Virus record (IMG/VR): IMGVR_UViG_3300025131_000005
Direction: 5' to 3' (one strand)
DNA from: a virus
Length of the DNA: 64,000 bases
The translations under genes and the position numbers were made by a program. The notes beneath the pieces are model-generated. The model made no database searches. It was not told where the DNA came from and saw only the letters and a program-made list of their open reading frames with translations. Below, in pieces: positions 18,425 through 29,100 of the stretch (positions are counted from its first letter, which is position 1; each line of letters opens with the position of its first letter).

Positions 18425-19576
18425 ATGGCTAGAAAGAAGGTTTGGTATGCCCCTAATGGTTTCGAGGCATATGGCGAAGAAGAAATCAAGGCTGTCGAAG
18501 AATGTCTAAGGGACGGCTGGCTCGCCGGCTTTGGTAAGAGGACCGTAGAATTTGAAGAAAAAGTTGCCAAGCTTTTTGGCAAGAAGCATGGAGTCTTTGT
18601 GAATTCTGGATCTTCTGCTAACTTAATAGCACTCGGCAGCTTGGCTCTTCCACGCGGCAGTGAGGTTGTAACTCCTGCGTGTACCTTCTCTACAACCGTT
18701 GCCCCTATACTACAATTGGGCTGTGTTCCTGTCTTTTGCGATGTTGAGCTTGATAAATATGTACCGAGTGTACGAAGTGTATTGGAAAAGATCACCTCCA
18801 AAACCAGAGTTATTATGCTTCCTAATTTGGTGGGTAATAAACCCGATTGGGCCCGACTTAAGCAGGAATTAGGTAACATTGGAAGAACCGATATTGTTTT
18901 AATTGAAGATTCTTGTGATACCATAACTTTCACTGGCGAAACCGACATATCGACGACTAGTTTTTATGCCAGCCATATAATCACTGCTGGAGGCTCTGGC
19001 GGAATGGCTATGTTCAACAGTGGGGAACAGCTTGATATTGCACTTCAGCTTAGAGATTGGGGACGTATTGGCAATAATTCTGAGTTTATTGATGAGCGCT
19101 TCAACCATCAAGTTGATGGGATATTATACGATTTCAAATTTCTATACGGGGTAGTGGGCTATAATTTTAAATCTTCGGAAATGAATTCAGCATTTGGTTT
19201 AGCTCAATTAAAAAAGTTTGATAAATTCCGTAAAATAAGAAGGGAAAACATAGAAAGATATTTGCATAACTTGGAAGATATTGAAGAAATTGTATTACCG
19301 GATGATAGTATTAAGCCGAATTGGTTGGCAATCCCCCTTCAGACGGAGAATAGATTAGATCTTTTGAGATTTTTAGAGAAAAACGATATTCAAACAAGAG
19401 TTACTTTTGCTGGAAATATCACCCGTCATCCTGCTTATAGAGAATATCTACAAGAGTTTTCTAATTCTGATATCATTATGAGAGATGGGTTTTTATTGGG
19501 AGCACACCATGGTATGACGCTGGAAGATGTAGATTACGTATGTAATAAAATAAAAGGATTTTTCGGAAGGTATTAA
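18425..19576 (+). CDS. DegT/DnrJ/EryC1/StrS-fold PMP-dependent NDP-4-keto-6-deoxyhexose 3-dehydrase (E1/ColD type)
   Basis: VNSGSSANL, IEDSCD, SFYASH (His at the usual catalytic Lys position), RDWGR, GYNFK. Start at the ATG at 18425 after GAGG. Confidence 0.8.
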   Translation: MARKKVWYAPNGFEAYGEEEIKAVEECLRDGWLAGFGKRTVEFEEKVAKLFGKKHGVFVNSGSSANLIALGSLALPRGSEVVTPACTFSTTVAPILQLGCVPVFCDVELDKYVPSVRSVLEKITSKTRVIMLPNLVGNKPDWARLKQELGNIGRTDIVLIEDSCDTITFTGETDISTTSFYASHIITAGGSGGMAMFNSGEQLDIALQLRDWGRIGNNSEFIDERFNHQVDGILYDFKFLYGVVGYNFKSSEMNSAFGLAQLKKFDKFRKIRRENIERYLHNLEDIEEIVLPDDSIKPNWLAIPLQTENRLDLLRFLEKNDIQTRVTFAGNITRHPAYREYLQEFSNSDIIMRDGFLLGAHHGMTLEDVDYVCNKIKGFFGRY

Positions 19577-20526
19577 TGAAAATTGTTATTATAACAGGTT
19601 GTTTGGGATTTATGGGTTCTTATTTGACGCGTAAAGCATTGAAACTAGGATGGCAAGTGCGAGGAATTGATAAATTAACGTATGCTGCGAATCCCGATCT
19701 TTTAACAGAATTTAATGAATATGAAAATTTTCATTTCGAACGCCGCGATATTAAAAATGTTAAACGTCTTTATGATTGTGACTATATTATAAATTTTGCC
19801 GCTGAATCACATGTAGGTAATAGTATTATCAACAGTGATGAGTTTATTAATAGTAATATATTGGGGGTTAAAAATCTTTTAGATTTGACGAGATTTAAAC
19901 CTGTTAATTGCAATGAGAAGCCAGTAATGTTTCATATCAGTACAGATGAAGTTTATGGTGATATTACAAAAGGTGCACATAAGGAATCAGATATTTTGAA
20001 ACCTAGTAATCCTTATTCGGCTGCAAAAGCGGGAGGTGATATGCTTATTCATGCATGGGCTAGAACTTATGGTATTAAATATATTATTTTGCGCCCAACG
20101 AATAATTATGGTATTGGACAATATCCAGAAAAACTCATTCCTCTGGCAGTGAAGAATTTGACTAGGGGTAGAGAGATCAAGCTTCACGATGGAGGTATTC
20201 CTACACGCAATTGGTTGCATGCAGCTGATACGGCTGAAGCAGTGATTTCTATTATTGATTCTGGCAATGTTAACCAAATTTATAATGTAGCCGGAGGATT
20301 TGAGCAATCGAACGCAGAAACTGTAAGAAAGATCATAGAGGCATACTATGGTACCGATGACAATTGGGAACAATATGTGGACTTTGACACTTTTCGCAAA
20401 GGACAAGATATTCGCTATGCCTTAAATGATAGAAAATTAAAGAATCTTGGTTGGAAACCAAAAAAGAATTTTGATAAAGAAATAAAGAATATTGTAGAAT
20501 ATTACAAGAATAATTTTATATGGTAA
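19576..20526 (+). CDS. rfbB: dTDP/NDP-glucose 4,6-dehydratase
   Basis: TGCLGFMGS, DKLTYA, FAAESHV, HISTDEVYG, PSNPYSAAK, EKLIP, RNWLH. Confidence 0.9.
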   Translation: MKIVIITGCLGFMGSYLTRKALKLGWQVRGIDKLTYAANPDLLTEFNEYENFHFERRDIKNVKRLYDCDYIINFAAESHVGNSIINSDEFINSNILGVKNLLDLTRFKPVNCNEKPVMFHISTDEVYGDITKGAHKESDILKPSNPYSAAKAGGDMLIHAWARTYGIKYIILRPTNNYGIGQYPEKLIPLAVKNLTRGREIKLHDGGIPTRNWLHAADTAEAVISIIDSGNVNQIYNVAGGFEQSNAETVRKIIEAYYGTDDNWEQYVDFDTFRKGQDIRYALNDRKLKNLGWKPKKNFDKEIKNIVEYYKNNFIW

Positions 20527-20540
20527 GAAAGGAGAATATA

Positions 20541-20750
20541 ATGAAATTATCAGATGAAGCACTTGGTGCGATAATGATGGCCTTACAGAAGTCCCTTATG
20601 GAACAAAGCGATATTGTTCCCGTCTTGAAGGGATTTAAGTTTGAAGCCAACGAAAAGGAAGAACTTATGGTCATGAATCCTCCTCTTGTTAAGATGAATA
20701 ATGATGATTATGATACACTGACTTCGATAGAAGATTCATCGGATGCCTAA
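20541..20750 (+). CDS. Hypothetical protein
   Basis: AGGAG RBS then ATG at 20541 (MKLSDEALGAIMMALQKSL); coupled to the next gene. Confidence 0.65.
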   Translation: MKLSDEALGAIMMALQKSLMEQSDIVPVLKGFKFEANEKEELMVMNPPLVKMNNDDYDTLTSIEDSSDA

Positions 20751-21033
20751 GTATTCTTATAAATGTGAAAATTGCAATCATCAATTTGTTATTTTCCATG
20801 GAATACAAGAAAATCCCTCTAATTGTCCCGAATGCGAAAGTAGCGACGATTTAACAAAGATGGTCAACATGGTGTATATTAAGAAGACTCCGACAGAGAA
20901 AACAAATTCATCTTTTAAGAAAGTTGGTGAATTAACTAAAGAAGCTATAGAAGATAATAAAGAAATTTTAAAGGATATAAAGGAGCAAACGAAAAATTTA
21001 AATTATGTTGATATTACAAATATTTCTGATTAG
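20743..21033 (+). CDS. FmdB-like zinc-ribbon protein
   Basis: MPKYSYKCENC...CPEC signature. Confidence 0.75.
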   Translation: MPKYSYKCENCNHQFVIFHGIQENPSNCPECESSDDLTKMVNMVYIKKTPTEKTNSSFKKVGELTKEAIEDNKEILKDIKEQTKNLNYVDITNISD

Positions 21034-21442
21034 TTCTTTAATACTCAATTCTTTTTTGTTGATTTATTTGTTTGGATTACTTCCTTTTTTATTATTTTTG
21101 TCTGTGTTATTCAATGTCGTTAGTGTAGTTTATATGTATTTTTTACTACATGAGAGAATAAATGTTCAAAATGATTTTTCTTCACTTTTGTTGAGGAGTG
21201 AAAATTTTCTCGACCACGTGAAGAGCATTTACGAATTAGAGATGTTTTACGGAGATGAGACATTGGAATCTCTTATTATTCATTCGAAAGAATTAGTTAA
21301 TGATTTTTATGAACATGAGGATAAACACTACACTCCGGAAACAGAAGACCCCCAGGAAGAATATGATAATGATAGAACAGAAAACCAAGAAGAGCCGCTC
21401 GACGACTCGCAAGAAAAACCAATATTTCACCAAAGTTCATGA
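21005..21442 (+). CDS. Hypothetical membrane protein
   Basis: About 48 hydrophobic N-terminal residues (1-2 TM helices), then a helical acidic tail. Confidence 0.6.
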   Translation: MLILQIFLISSLILNSFLLIYLFGLLPFLLFLSVLFNVVSVVYMYFLLHERINVQNDFSSLLLRSENFLDHVKSIYELEMFYGDETLESLIIHSKELVNDFYEHEDKHYTPETEDPQEEYDNDRTENQEEPLDDSQEKPIFHQSS

Positions 21443-22079
21443 AGAAGCAATAATAGAATATGCTTTAACAGATTCTCGAAAAATTCGCACAGATCTTTAT
21501 GTGAATTTTATTGGACCGGCTTTTGATGAAATGGTGGATAAAATTGTATACACTTATAAGTTTACTACTCTTCCAAATATTGATTATTTGAAAGATGATT
21601 GCAAGATTTGGCTTACAACGATATTGGATAAGTACGACCCCAATAGGAAATCTAAAGCTTTTTCATATTTTAGTGTTATAACAAAAAACTGGTTTATCCA
21701 CAAAGTAAAGAAAAATTCTAAAAAACTTCAAAGAGAATATTGCATAGATGATTTTAAAGCCGATAGTGCTAACGAGAACTTAGTTGTAGAGAATGATTAT
21801 CTTGAGAGAAGAGAACAAGCGGAATTTTTAGGTTTTTTATTTCAAGAGATAGAAAGATGGGAAGAATTTGATCTTAAAGAAAATGAAAGAAAAGTATTAG
21901 AATCAATTAAGATATTATTTGAGTCCGCAGATGACATTGATATTTTTAACAAAAAAGCTATTTACTTATACATTCGGGAAATTACAGGTTTAAACACTAA
22001 ACAAGTTGTTAACAACCTGAATAAGATTCGACTTAAATATAGGGCTTTTAAAAATCGATGGGAAAAGGACGAACTATAA
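21363..22079 (+). CDS. Phage RNA polymerase sigma-like factor
   Basis: Region-2-like LDKYDPNRKSKAFSYFSVITKNWF and C-terminal HTH-like IYLYIREITGLNTKQVVNNLNKIR. Start ATG 21363 or 21369. Confidence 0.65.
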   Translation: MIMIEQKTKKSRSTTRKKNQYFTKVHEEAIIEYALTDSRKIRTDLYVNFIGPAFDEMVDKIVYTYKFTTLPNIDYLKDDCKIWLTTILDKYDPNRKSKAFSYFSVITKNWFIHKVKKNSKKLQREYCIDDFKADSANENLVVENDYLERREQAEFLGFLFQEIERWEEFDLKENERKVLESIKILFESADDIDIFNKKAIYLYIREITGLNTKQVVNNLNKIRLKYRAFKNRWEKDEL

Positions 22080-22366
22080 AAAATGTTGATTCTCTTATAG
22101 AAGAATCATTAGAAAATATAAGAGAAGATCGGGCAATGGCTTCTACTCTTTTGATTGATTTGATGGCACACCTCAAGGGTGATAAACTTCAACATCAATT
22201 GACGGGACAGGTAGCGGCAAAATATTTAGAGACTCTGCAGCGTTCAAATGAACAGATGGTTAAAATAAGTGCTCTTCTACATAAAAAGAATTCTGTGTCT
22301 TCTGGTTTATCAGAGATGGATAAAAATGAGATTTATGATATTATAGGAAAAGAACAAGATGGCTGA
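22058..22366 (+). CDS. Hypothetical alpha-helical protein
   Basis: Coupled ORF, amphipathic helices, no recognised motif. Confidence 0.6.
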   Translation: MGKGRTIKNVDSLIEESLENIREDRAMASTLLIDLMAHLKGDKLQHQLTGQVAAKYLETLQRSNEQMVKISALLHKKNSVSSGLSEMDKNEIYDIIGKEQDG

Positions 22367-25223
22367 TAATATTCTCACTCAAAAAGGATTTGCATATGGG
22401 CAATTAAATGCCGTAGAGCGTAAAAAAGATAAGTTAATATATAATAATCTGATCGATCCTATCGATGTCCTTCGTGGAAATGTGCGCTCTGCTTTTTCAG
22501 CTGAGAGTGTGAAGGGTGTTACTCAATTTAAAGCAATCGTGCTGAGAATCGAGGAAGATGATTCTACTCCAAGTTTTTGGGATAATTTAACTAATTTTTT
22601 TGATTCCGAACCGTCCGAGTCAAAAATAGTAAAATTTAAAGGTATGATACCGGAGATTCATGGTTCGATATTACCTTCTCCTACCACTTTAGGTAACGAA
22701 AATAGTGTAGGTGCCGATGATTCCGCCATTGACAAATTTCCTACTTTCGCAGCTAAAACCACAAATATGCAAGTACCCAAAGTGGGAGACATTGTATGGG
22801 TTACTTTTGAGAATGTCGATAATCTAGAGGGTGGTATTTACGCTGGCCCCACGGACACAGTATTACCTCCCAACCCAGGTGCTGCATCCAGCAAAGGTGC
22901 TGCTGGTTTCCACCCGTGTGGAAAATTATTGGCTAGTGGGGGCAAAGGTGGTTCGTTATCTACTGATGTTGCTAGAATAGTTGCTAATTTTCCTGATTTT
23001 AAAAATCACAGAACGCCGGTTGATCCCATGAGAGATCGCGGTGAACTTCCTTTAGGTAAGGGACTTTTTACGAATATGTATGCAAATCTTAAAAATTTTC
23101 CAGTTGCTAAAGCGGTTGATATGGGATTAGACTGGATTGCTACTTTGGGAATGTGGCAAGGATCCGACAAGAAAGGTACCAAAACGGCACCTTTTGAAAA
23201 AGTTAAAGAAATGGTCGATGCTTACCATAATGCCGGTATAAGAGTATATTTGTGGGGTTTTCCCCGTCTCGATAAAATTGATGAATGGGTGAATTATATG
23301 TTTGGTACAGCAAATGATGCAGGTTGTATTGGTGTTATATCGGATCCAGAAGCTGGTATGATTAATTATGGATCGATTGGATCATGGTCCATCCAGAAAA
23401 AGAGACAAAAAACACGTGAATTTACTGATAAATGCAATGAATATGCGAATATGACGAAACTGTGCTATGGGGTGACTTCTTATGAGATTCCCGGATATCA
23501 GGCAGCCAAAAATTTTGCTTTTGCGGAATTGGCACCTGCCGATTTTGCTATTCCTCAATCATATCGTGCATATCCCCAATATGGTATAAAAAGAATGGTG
23601 GGGGGACTCAAATCTTATCATGACGTCGGTTTCAAAAATATTCTAGCTATGAGTGGATTATATGGAAAAGAGTGGAAACCAGCCTATCCCCAATACAATA
23701 GCAATAAAAAACCTCCAGAGGAAGTTATAAAGAGAACTGGGTGGCTGTTGGGAGACGCAGCTCAAAAATATATTTCTTATCCAGATGCATTTATATATTG
23801 GAAATGGGTGAATCTGACTGTTAAGCAGCCTGCAGCATGGCCGCAGAATTTGATGACTACATTTACAAATATAAGTGAATATTTAAAATCCACTCCGGAG
23901 GTAGCTACTTCTACAGGAGGAGCCCTGAAGAAAATATCGGATGCATCCACCCAAGAGAAGACTGTTAAAAATGATAAAGTAACCTCTGACTTAAAGAAAT
24001 CCGAAGGTGGGGGTACTGCTGACGGCACTCAAGACTCTAATTGGGTTCTTGCCGACGCGTCCAAAACCGTTAAAGAAAAATCAGTAGAAGCTGACGTCGC
24101 AAAAGATCCAAATGCAAAACCCAAGCTATCTAAAGCTCAACAAGCAACGTTAGATGCTGCAAATCAGGATGTGGCAATTCAGAAAGCAAAAGTTGAAGAA
24201 TTGGATGGGCAAATTGAAGGACTTGAGAGTACATCTTTAAAAGGGAGTCCGTCGCAAGCTGAAGCCAAGATTAAACGCGTCGAGCTTAAACAAGCACAGA
24301 AAAAGCTCATTGCAGCTGAAAAAACTTTAAGGGCTCTTCAAAAGGAATATGGTATTAGGATTAATACAGCAGGCGCTAAGCCTCCCGCTGCTTCTGCTGC
24401 GCCATCTCAATATGGCGGCAAATGCGCTAGAAATTCAGGCGGCGGAAGCTCCGGAGCAGCTCTTTCACAAACTTCTGGTATTGGCGACTTGCCCCCCTAT
24501 CAATATGATAATACAGAAGTTTCCATTATTCCAGCTACTCCATGGATTCACAACAATCGCGTAAGGTGGGGAAATTACCCTATTGGCTCTTTAGATCCGA
24601 GTCTTATAGTTGATTGTTATAATAGAAAGGTACACAAATTGGCGGCTAAAAGAATTATTATGTTGAATGAAGCGTGGGTCAAAGAAACAGGAAGAAAACC
24701 TTTTACAAGTTTGTCATGTGCACTTGGTAGCGCTCCTGAAAAGCGTTATAGAAAACTTCTGTACAGTTGGGGAGATAAATTTCCGAGGGTTAAAGAAGCT
24801 AAACAACGAGGCGAACGAAGACTTCGAACTTTGTGGGATCTTATGTTAATAGACGAGTATAAGAGCGTGAAAGAAGGGTTAAAATGGAGAGCTTGGACCG
24901 GTCCTCACGAAACCGGGCTAGCCTTTGATTTTTATTATTTTGATGCGGCAACAAAAGTTTGGGTTCGGGCAATATCAAAAACTAACAAGGAGCAGAAACA
25001 AACACAATTTTACAAATGGGTAAAAAAGAATGCTCATAGATTTGGAATAGCTCCTTATAGAAAAGAAGCATGGCATTGGGAAGTTCAATTGACAAGAAAA
25101 GCTTGGTATACCGGAGAAGATTTTGTAACAGATGGAAATTATGCTGTAACTGTTCGTGAAAAAAGTACTAAAACCGGTTTATTAACCAGCGATAAAGCTT
25201 GGCGTGGGACATTGTTTGAATAA
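22359..25223 (+). CDS. gp5-like baseplate hub protein with putative glycoside hydrolase and M15 peptidase domains
   Basis: OB-fold-like PKVGDIVWVTFEN; TIM-barrel-like GIRVYLWGFP...ISDPEAG...IPQSY; coiled coil; M15 Zn ligands HETGLAFD and EAWHW with KNAHRFG. Confidence 0.65.
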   Translation: MADNILTQKGFAYGQLNAVERKKDKLIYNNLIDPIDVLRGNVRSAFSAESVKGVTQFKAIVLRIEEDDSTPSFWDNLTNFFDSEPSESKIVKFKGMIPEIHGSILPSPTTLGNENSVGADDSAIDKFPTFAAKTTNMQVPKVGDIVWVTFENVDNLEGGIYAGPTDTVLPPNPGAASSKGAAGFHPCGKLLASGGKGGSLSTDVARIVANFPDFKNHRTPVDPMRDRGELPLGKGLFTNMYANLKNFPVAKAVDMGLDWIATLGMWQGSDKKGTKTAPFEKVKEMVDAYHNAGIRVYLWGFPRLDKIDEWVNYMFGTANDAGCIGVISDPEAGMINYGSIGSWSIQKKRQKTREFTDKCNEYANMTKLCYGVTSYEIPGYQAAKNFAFAELAPADFAIPQSYRAYPQYGIKRMVGGLKSYHDVGFKNILAMSGLYGKEWKPAYPQYNSNKKPPEEVIKRTGWLLGDAAQKYISYPDAFIYWKWVNLTVKQPAAWPQNLMTTFTNISEYLKSTPEVATSTGGALKKISDASTQEKTVKNDKVTSDLKKSEGGGTADGTQDSNWVLADASKTVKEKSVEADVAKDPNAKPKLSKAQQATLDAANQDVAIQKAKVEELDGQIEGLESTSLKGSPSQAEAKIKRVELKQAQKKLIAAEKTLRALQKEYGIRINTAGAKPPAASAAPSQYGGKCARNSGGGSSGAALSQTSGIGDLPPYQYDNTEVSIIPATPWIHNNRVRWGNYPIGSLDPSLIVDCYNRKVHKLAAKRIIMLNEAWVKETGRKPFTSLSCALGSAPEKRYRKLLYSWGDKFPRVKEAKQRGERRLRTLWDLMLIDEYKSVKEGLKWRAWTGPHETGLAFDFYYFDAATKVWVRAISKTNKEQKQTQFYKWVKKNAHRFGIAPYRKEAWHWEVQLTRKAWYTGEDFVTDGNYAVTVREKSTKTGLLTSDKAWRGTLFE

Positions 25224-26146
25224 TGGGAAAGTTAGCTGTACAGTTAAAAGGATTAAGCAAATCCAAAATAAAATTTTTATCTGCGACCGCCAATACAACG
25301 GAAGGACGTGGAATCGCATGCGCGAGCCTTGTTGAGCCGCTCCCTAATTTCATAGCCGCTGAATGTGAGACAGTATACGAAGGAAAAAATAATACTTTTA
25401 TAATTTTGGGTCGCGATAGACCTTCAACGAGGGATAGTGGTTACGGTGGTTTGGGAGATACTCAATCTGGAATGATTGATATAGTTGCCGGTCGAATAGG
25501 TTCAGAAGTTAGAGAAGTAAATGAAAATAATGAAAAAATATTTGTGGATCCTGACTTAAGGCGCGATGCTGCAAGGATTTTTATATCACAAAAGACAGAT
25601 ATCGATGAGTATTTTAAATTAGCTGATGGTTTAGTCGGAAACGCAGTTGCAAAATCTGCAATTGCTATAAAAGCAGATAATGTACGCCTTATTTCTCGCG
25701 AGGGTATGAAATTGGTCACAGGCACCGATCCTATGAATTCACAAGGTGGTTCGGTAATGTCAGTGGGAGGTATCGACCTTATTGCTGGAAATAACGATAA
25801 AGATATGCAACCATTTGTAAAAGGTGATAATTTAACCGATTGCTTGCAAGAGGTAATAACCAAAATATCCCAATTAGATGGAACGTTGATTAATTTTATT
25901 AATTATCAACTTAGATTTAACTTTTCTGTTATGAATCATTATCATTATAGTCCATTTTTTGGTATACCTACGAGCATGGATATAGATATTATGCCTCAAG
26001 AAGGATTGGGACAGATAATAAAAATGCTCACAAATTCAGTTCCAGCTCTGGTTAATCACAAAATGAATTTAAAGACTTTAGGACACAATTACTTGAAACT
26101 CACAGGTAAGAAATATATAAATTCTAGGTATAATAGCACAAATTAA
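25223..26146 (+). CDS. Probable baseplate spike/hub protein
   Basis: Beta-rich IILGRD, IDIVAGR, RIFISQKTDID, IKADNVRLISR repeats; sits after the gp5-like gene. Confidence 0.45.
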   Translation: MGKLAVQLKGLSKSKIKFLSATANTTEGRGIACASLVEPLPNFIAAECETVYEGKNNTFIILGRDRPSTRDSGYGGLGDTQSGMIDIVAGRIGSEVREVNENNEKIFVDPDLRRDAARIFISQKTDIDEYFKLADGLVGNAVAKSAIAIKADNVRLISREGMKLVTGTDPMNSQGGSVMSVGGIDLIAGNNDKDMQPFVKGDNLTDCLQEVITKISQLDGTLINFINYQLRFNFSVMNHYHYSPFFGIPTSMDIDIMPQEGLGQIIKMLTNSVPALVNHKMNLKTLGHNYLKLTGKKYINSRYNSTN

Positions 26147-26160
26147 CAAAAGAGATTTTT

Positions 26161-29100
26161 ATGGCAGATATTATAGGACTAACAGATGAGGGGCTTCTGA
26201 CTTCTGACGCTTTTGATTTTTGGGATCAGCCAAAAGCTGCAGCTCTTTTTCAGAAAATCAGCGGGCCGCCACCAGATGGCGCTGGCGCACATGCTTATAA
26301 TCCAGAAACCAGCCAACTTCTAATTAGTGATTCCGCAGATTTTAATGAGATTTCTACTCTAACAATCCCATTAGATGAAGAAGGAAAAGTTAATGTATAT
26401 TTGGGTATCGTGGAGGGCAACCATACCGTTGAAGAGTCTTTATATGATAATGATGCTTTTAAAAATCCCGCTACTCACTCTCCTGCTTTCAAAAATAATG
26501 GATTTCTAACACTTTATTATTTGGTACGTACCACAGTCGATATGGGTGTACCCTTTAATACGGAAAATGTCTTAAAAAGCGTATTGGGGGATAAATATGA
26601 ACAATTTACAACAACATCTATAACTGATGCATCTTCTGCAACTCTAAGTTTTGAAATAGATATTTCAACAATTTCAGTGAATTTCGAGCCTATCGATGAA
26701 CCGGACATCCCCGCACCTCGTACAATCTCTCATTTGGATTTTGTAGCTTTCATCTCGAAATATCCACACGTATATACTTTGGGGCAAGATAGGATAAACG
26801 CCCTTCAATTGCTCACGGAGAATGATGGTCCACCTAACAGCACTACCTTAATAACAGTAGAGTCCGACGAATTCAAACCATCAGAAGTCTCGCGCTGGCA
26901 ACCTATTCAGAAATCCCAAGCTACCCATTATGTATATTTTGGCACACCCGGTACTCCAGATGTAGATGATAAATATGCGACAATGCGAACTGGCTATATT
27001 AAAACAACCAACAATAATAGCTCTATAACGAAAAAACAGGATATTTTCGAAGCTAGTACTGGAAATTATGCGATTTTTAAGGGCGCACCCATAATAGGTC
27101 GTCTTCCAAATGGGGCACAGGTTCAAGTAGTAAGGGAGGGTTTTGGTAAAGGAGCTTTATTTTCTCAATTTAAACTCAAGTATTATCCAAAGAATCATGA
27201 ACATACTTTTATAAAGTCAGGATATCCTAAATTTATTGACTCTCGTACTTTAATGCCATTTGGAAATGTTTCGGAGAAGACTAATGAAGAATTTGACTTT
27301 TTAACTATACCAAAAATTGAAGTACCAGAACCTGATCCTAATTTTATAGAACCTGATTGGACTCAGAAAGATGATTGTGAACCATGGCTGAATGAAAAGA
27401 CAAATGAATATTGTATTATGTACGAACATCGAGGCAAAAATCTTCCTGGTACGTCTGACAAGGAGATGATTAGAAGGAAAGGAGTTATCAGGCTCTTGTC
27501 ATACTACGACAAAAAAAGATCTCCTGGATTTGTTGACAAACTTCTTGAACTTAACAATGGTCTATTCGCCAGAATAGTTGAGGAATCTTCTAGTTCTAGA
27601 AAAGACAAAACTTATAAATTTCTAATAGGAATTCCTCGAACTTATTTTGAGCATCCATTTTTGGATGTTAATCCTTATCGTATTGATAATCCAAGCCTAG
27701 AGAAACTATCCACTGAACACAAGAAAATAGATTATTGGTGGGTGATTAAAACAAACAAGATAGAAAAATGGATCGATGATACAATAAGAGTTGTTTCTAG
27801 AGATTTCAAAAAACGACTTTCTAAAGCTAATTCGCAATTAGATCCAAAATTTATTGTCAATATGGAAGTGGAGAACTTAAAAAAATTCCTTCCTGCCTTA
27901 AAAGAATTTATGTTTCTTAATGATGCAACATTGCAAACCGATAGAGCGGATGGTTTGATATTTGGTTTTGATTTCAGACATAGGCTTAAAATGGTGTTAT
28001 ATCAGCAGACAAATTATGAGCCACCAAATAAGAAACTTGTTGTAATGTCGAAAAAGAAGAGTAAAAGTGGACGACAAAAAACACAAGAAGGTCCATCGCG
28101 CTATTTGGGCATAAGTCTTCCTTGTTTTCGTAATCCTAATAAAAATCCTGGTTGCTCCCCACGTACTCTTGCTTATTTGCGTTTTGGACAAGATATGCAA
28201 TCAGCAGTAGAGTCTGACAAATATCCTGGCTTAGAGCTTGTATTGAAGTATACAATAGGTCCAGAAATCAGCTTATTCCCTTCAGCACCGAAAAAACAAG
28301 AAGAAGGACTATCCTCCGAAGAAATAAGTGATAAAGTACAAACCATATTTGATAACAAGCCAAAAAGTGGCGATAAAACAATTAAAACAGAAAAAGAGCT
28401 AAAAGAAGAAACTAAAAAATTAATCAATCCCGCAAAAAGAGCGAAGACCTATAATAGCAGGAAAGATGTTAGAATAAATAATTTTGATACTGCATTATCT
28501 GAGATGGAAAAGATATTCGATGGCGCTGTTGATTCGAAAGGTTATTATAAGCGCATCCTTAATATAATTGATATTAAAAATCTTATTTCTGTTGCTTATA
28601 CATGCTTAGGTAAAGTATTGCCTGTTAACGATCTTAAGGCACTTATTCGTAAAAATGTTTTAAAAACAATTGGTTATGAAAATCTTAAAGCTTTTGTAGA
28701 AATTCTTGCAGAGAAAAAGTATTTGGAAGAAGTGTGCCCGAACTTGATTCCCTTTGGTGTTGATCCTAACACCACCACCGCAGCTTCCGCTAATTTTGGA
28801 GAAGAAGGGACTCCTCCACCGGGGTTAACCGATACTAAAGTTAGTGAGGATGATGAAGAAGCTGCAGCGCCCAAAGGATTGATGGAGGTAGTAAACGATG
28901 CTATAAAAAGTATAGAGGATGATTATCTTTGCTATTCTAATGGAGAAATAAAGTCTGCTTTGGGTCCGGATTTTTCTAAGTCAATTGAATCATTAGATAA
29001 TATTCCCGCCGACTTAAAAAATGCAAATATTTATGCAGCTGCAAAGCAAGATGCTGATTTCAGAACAAAACAACAAGAAAAACTTTTGCAAGAATTAAAT

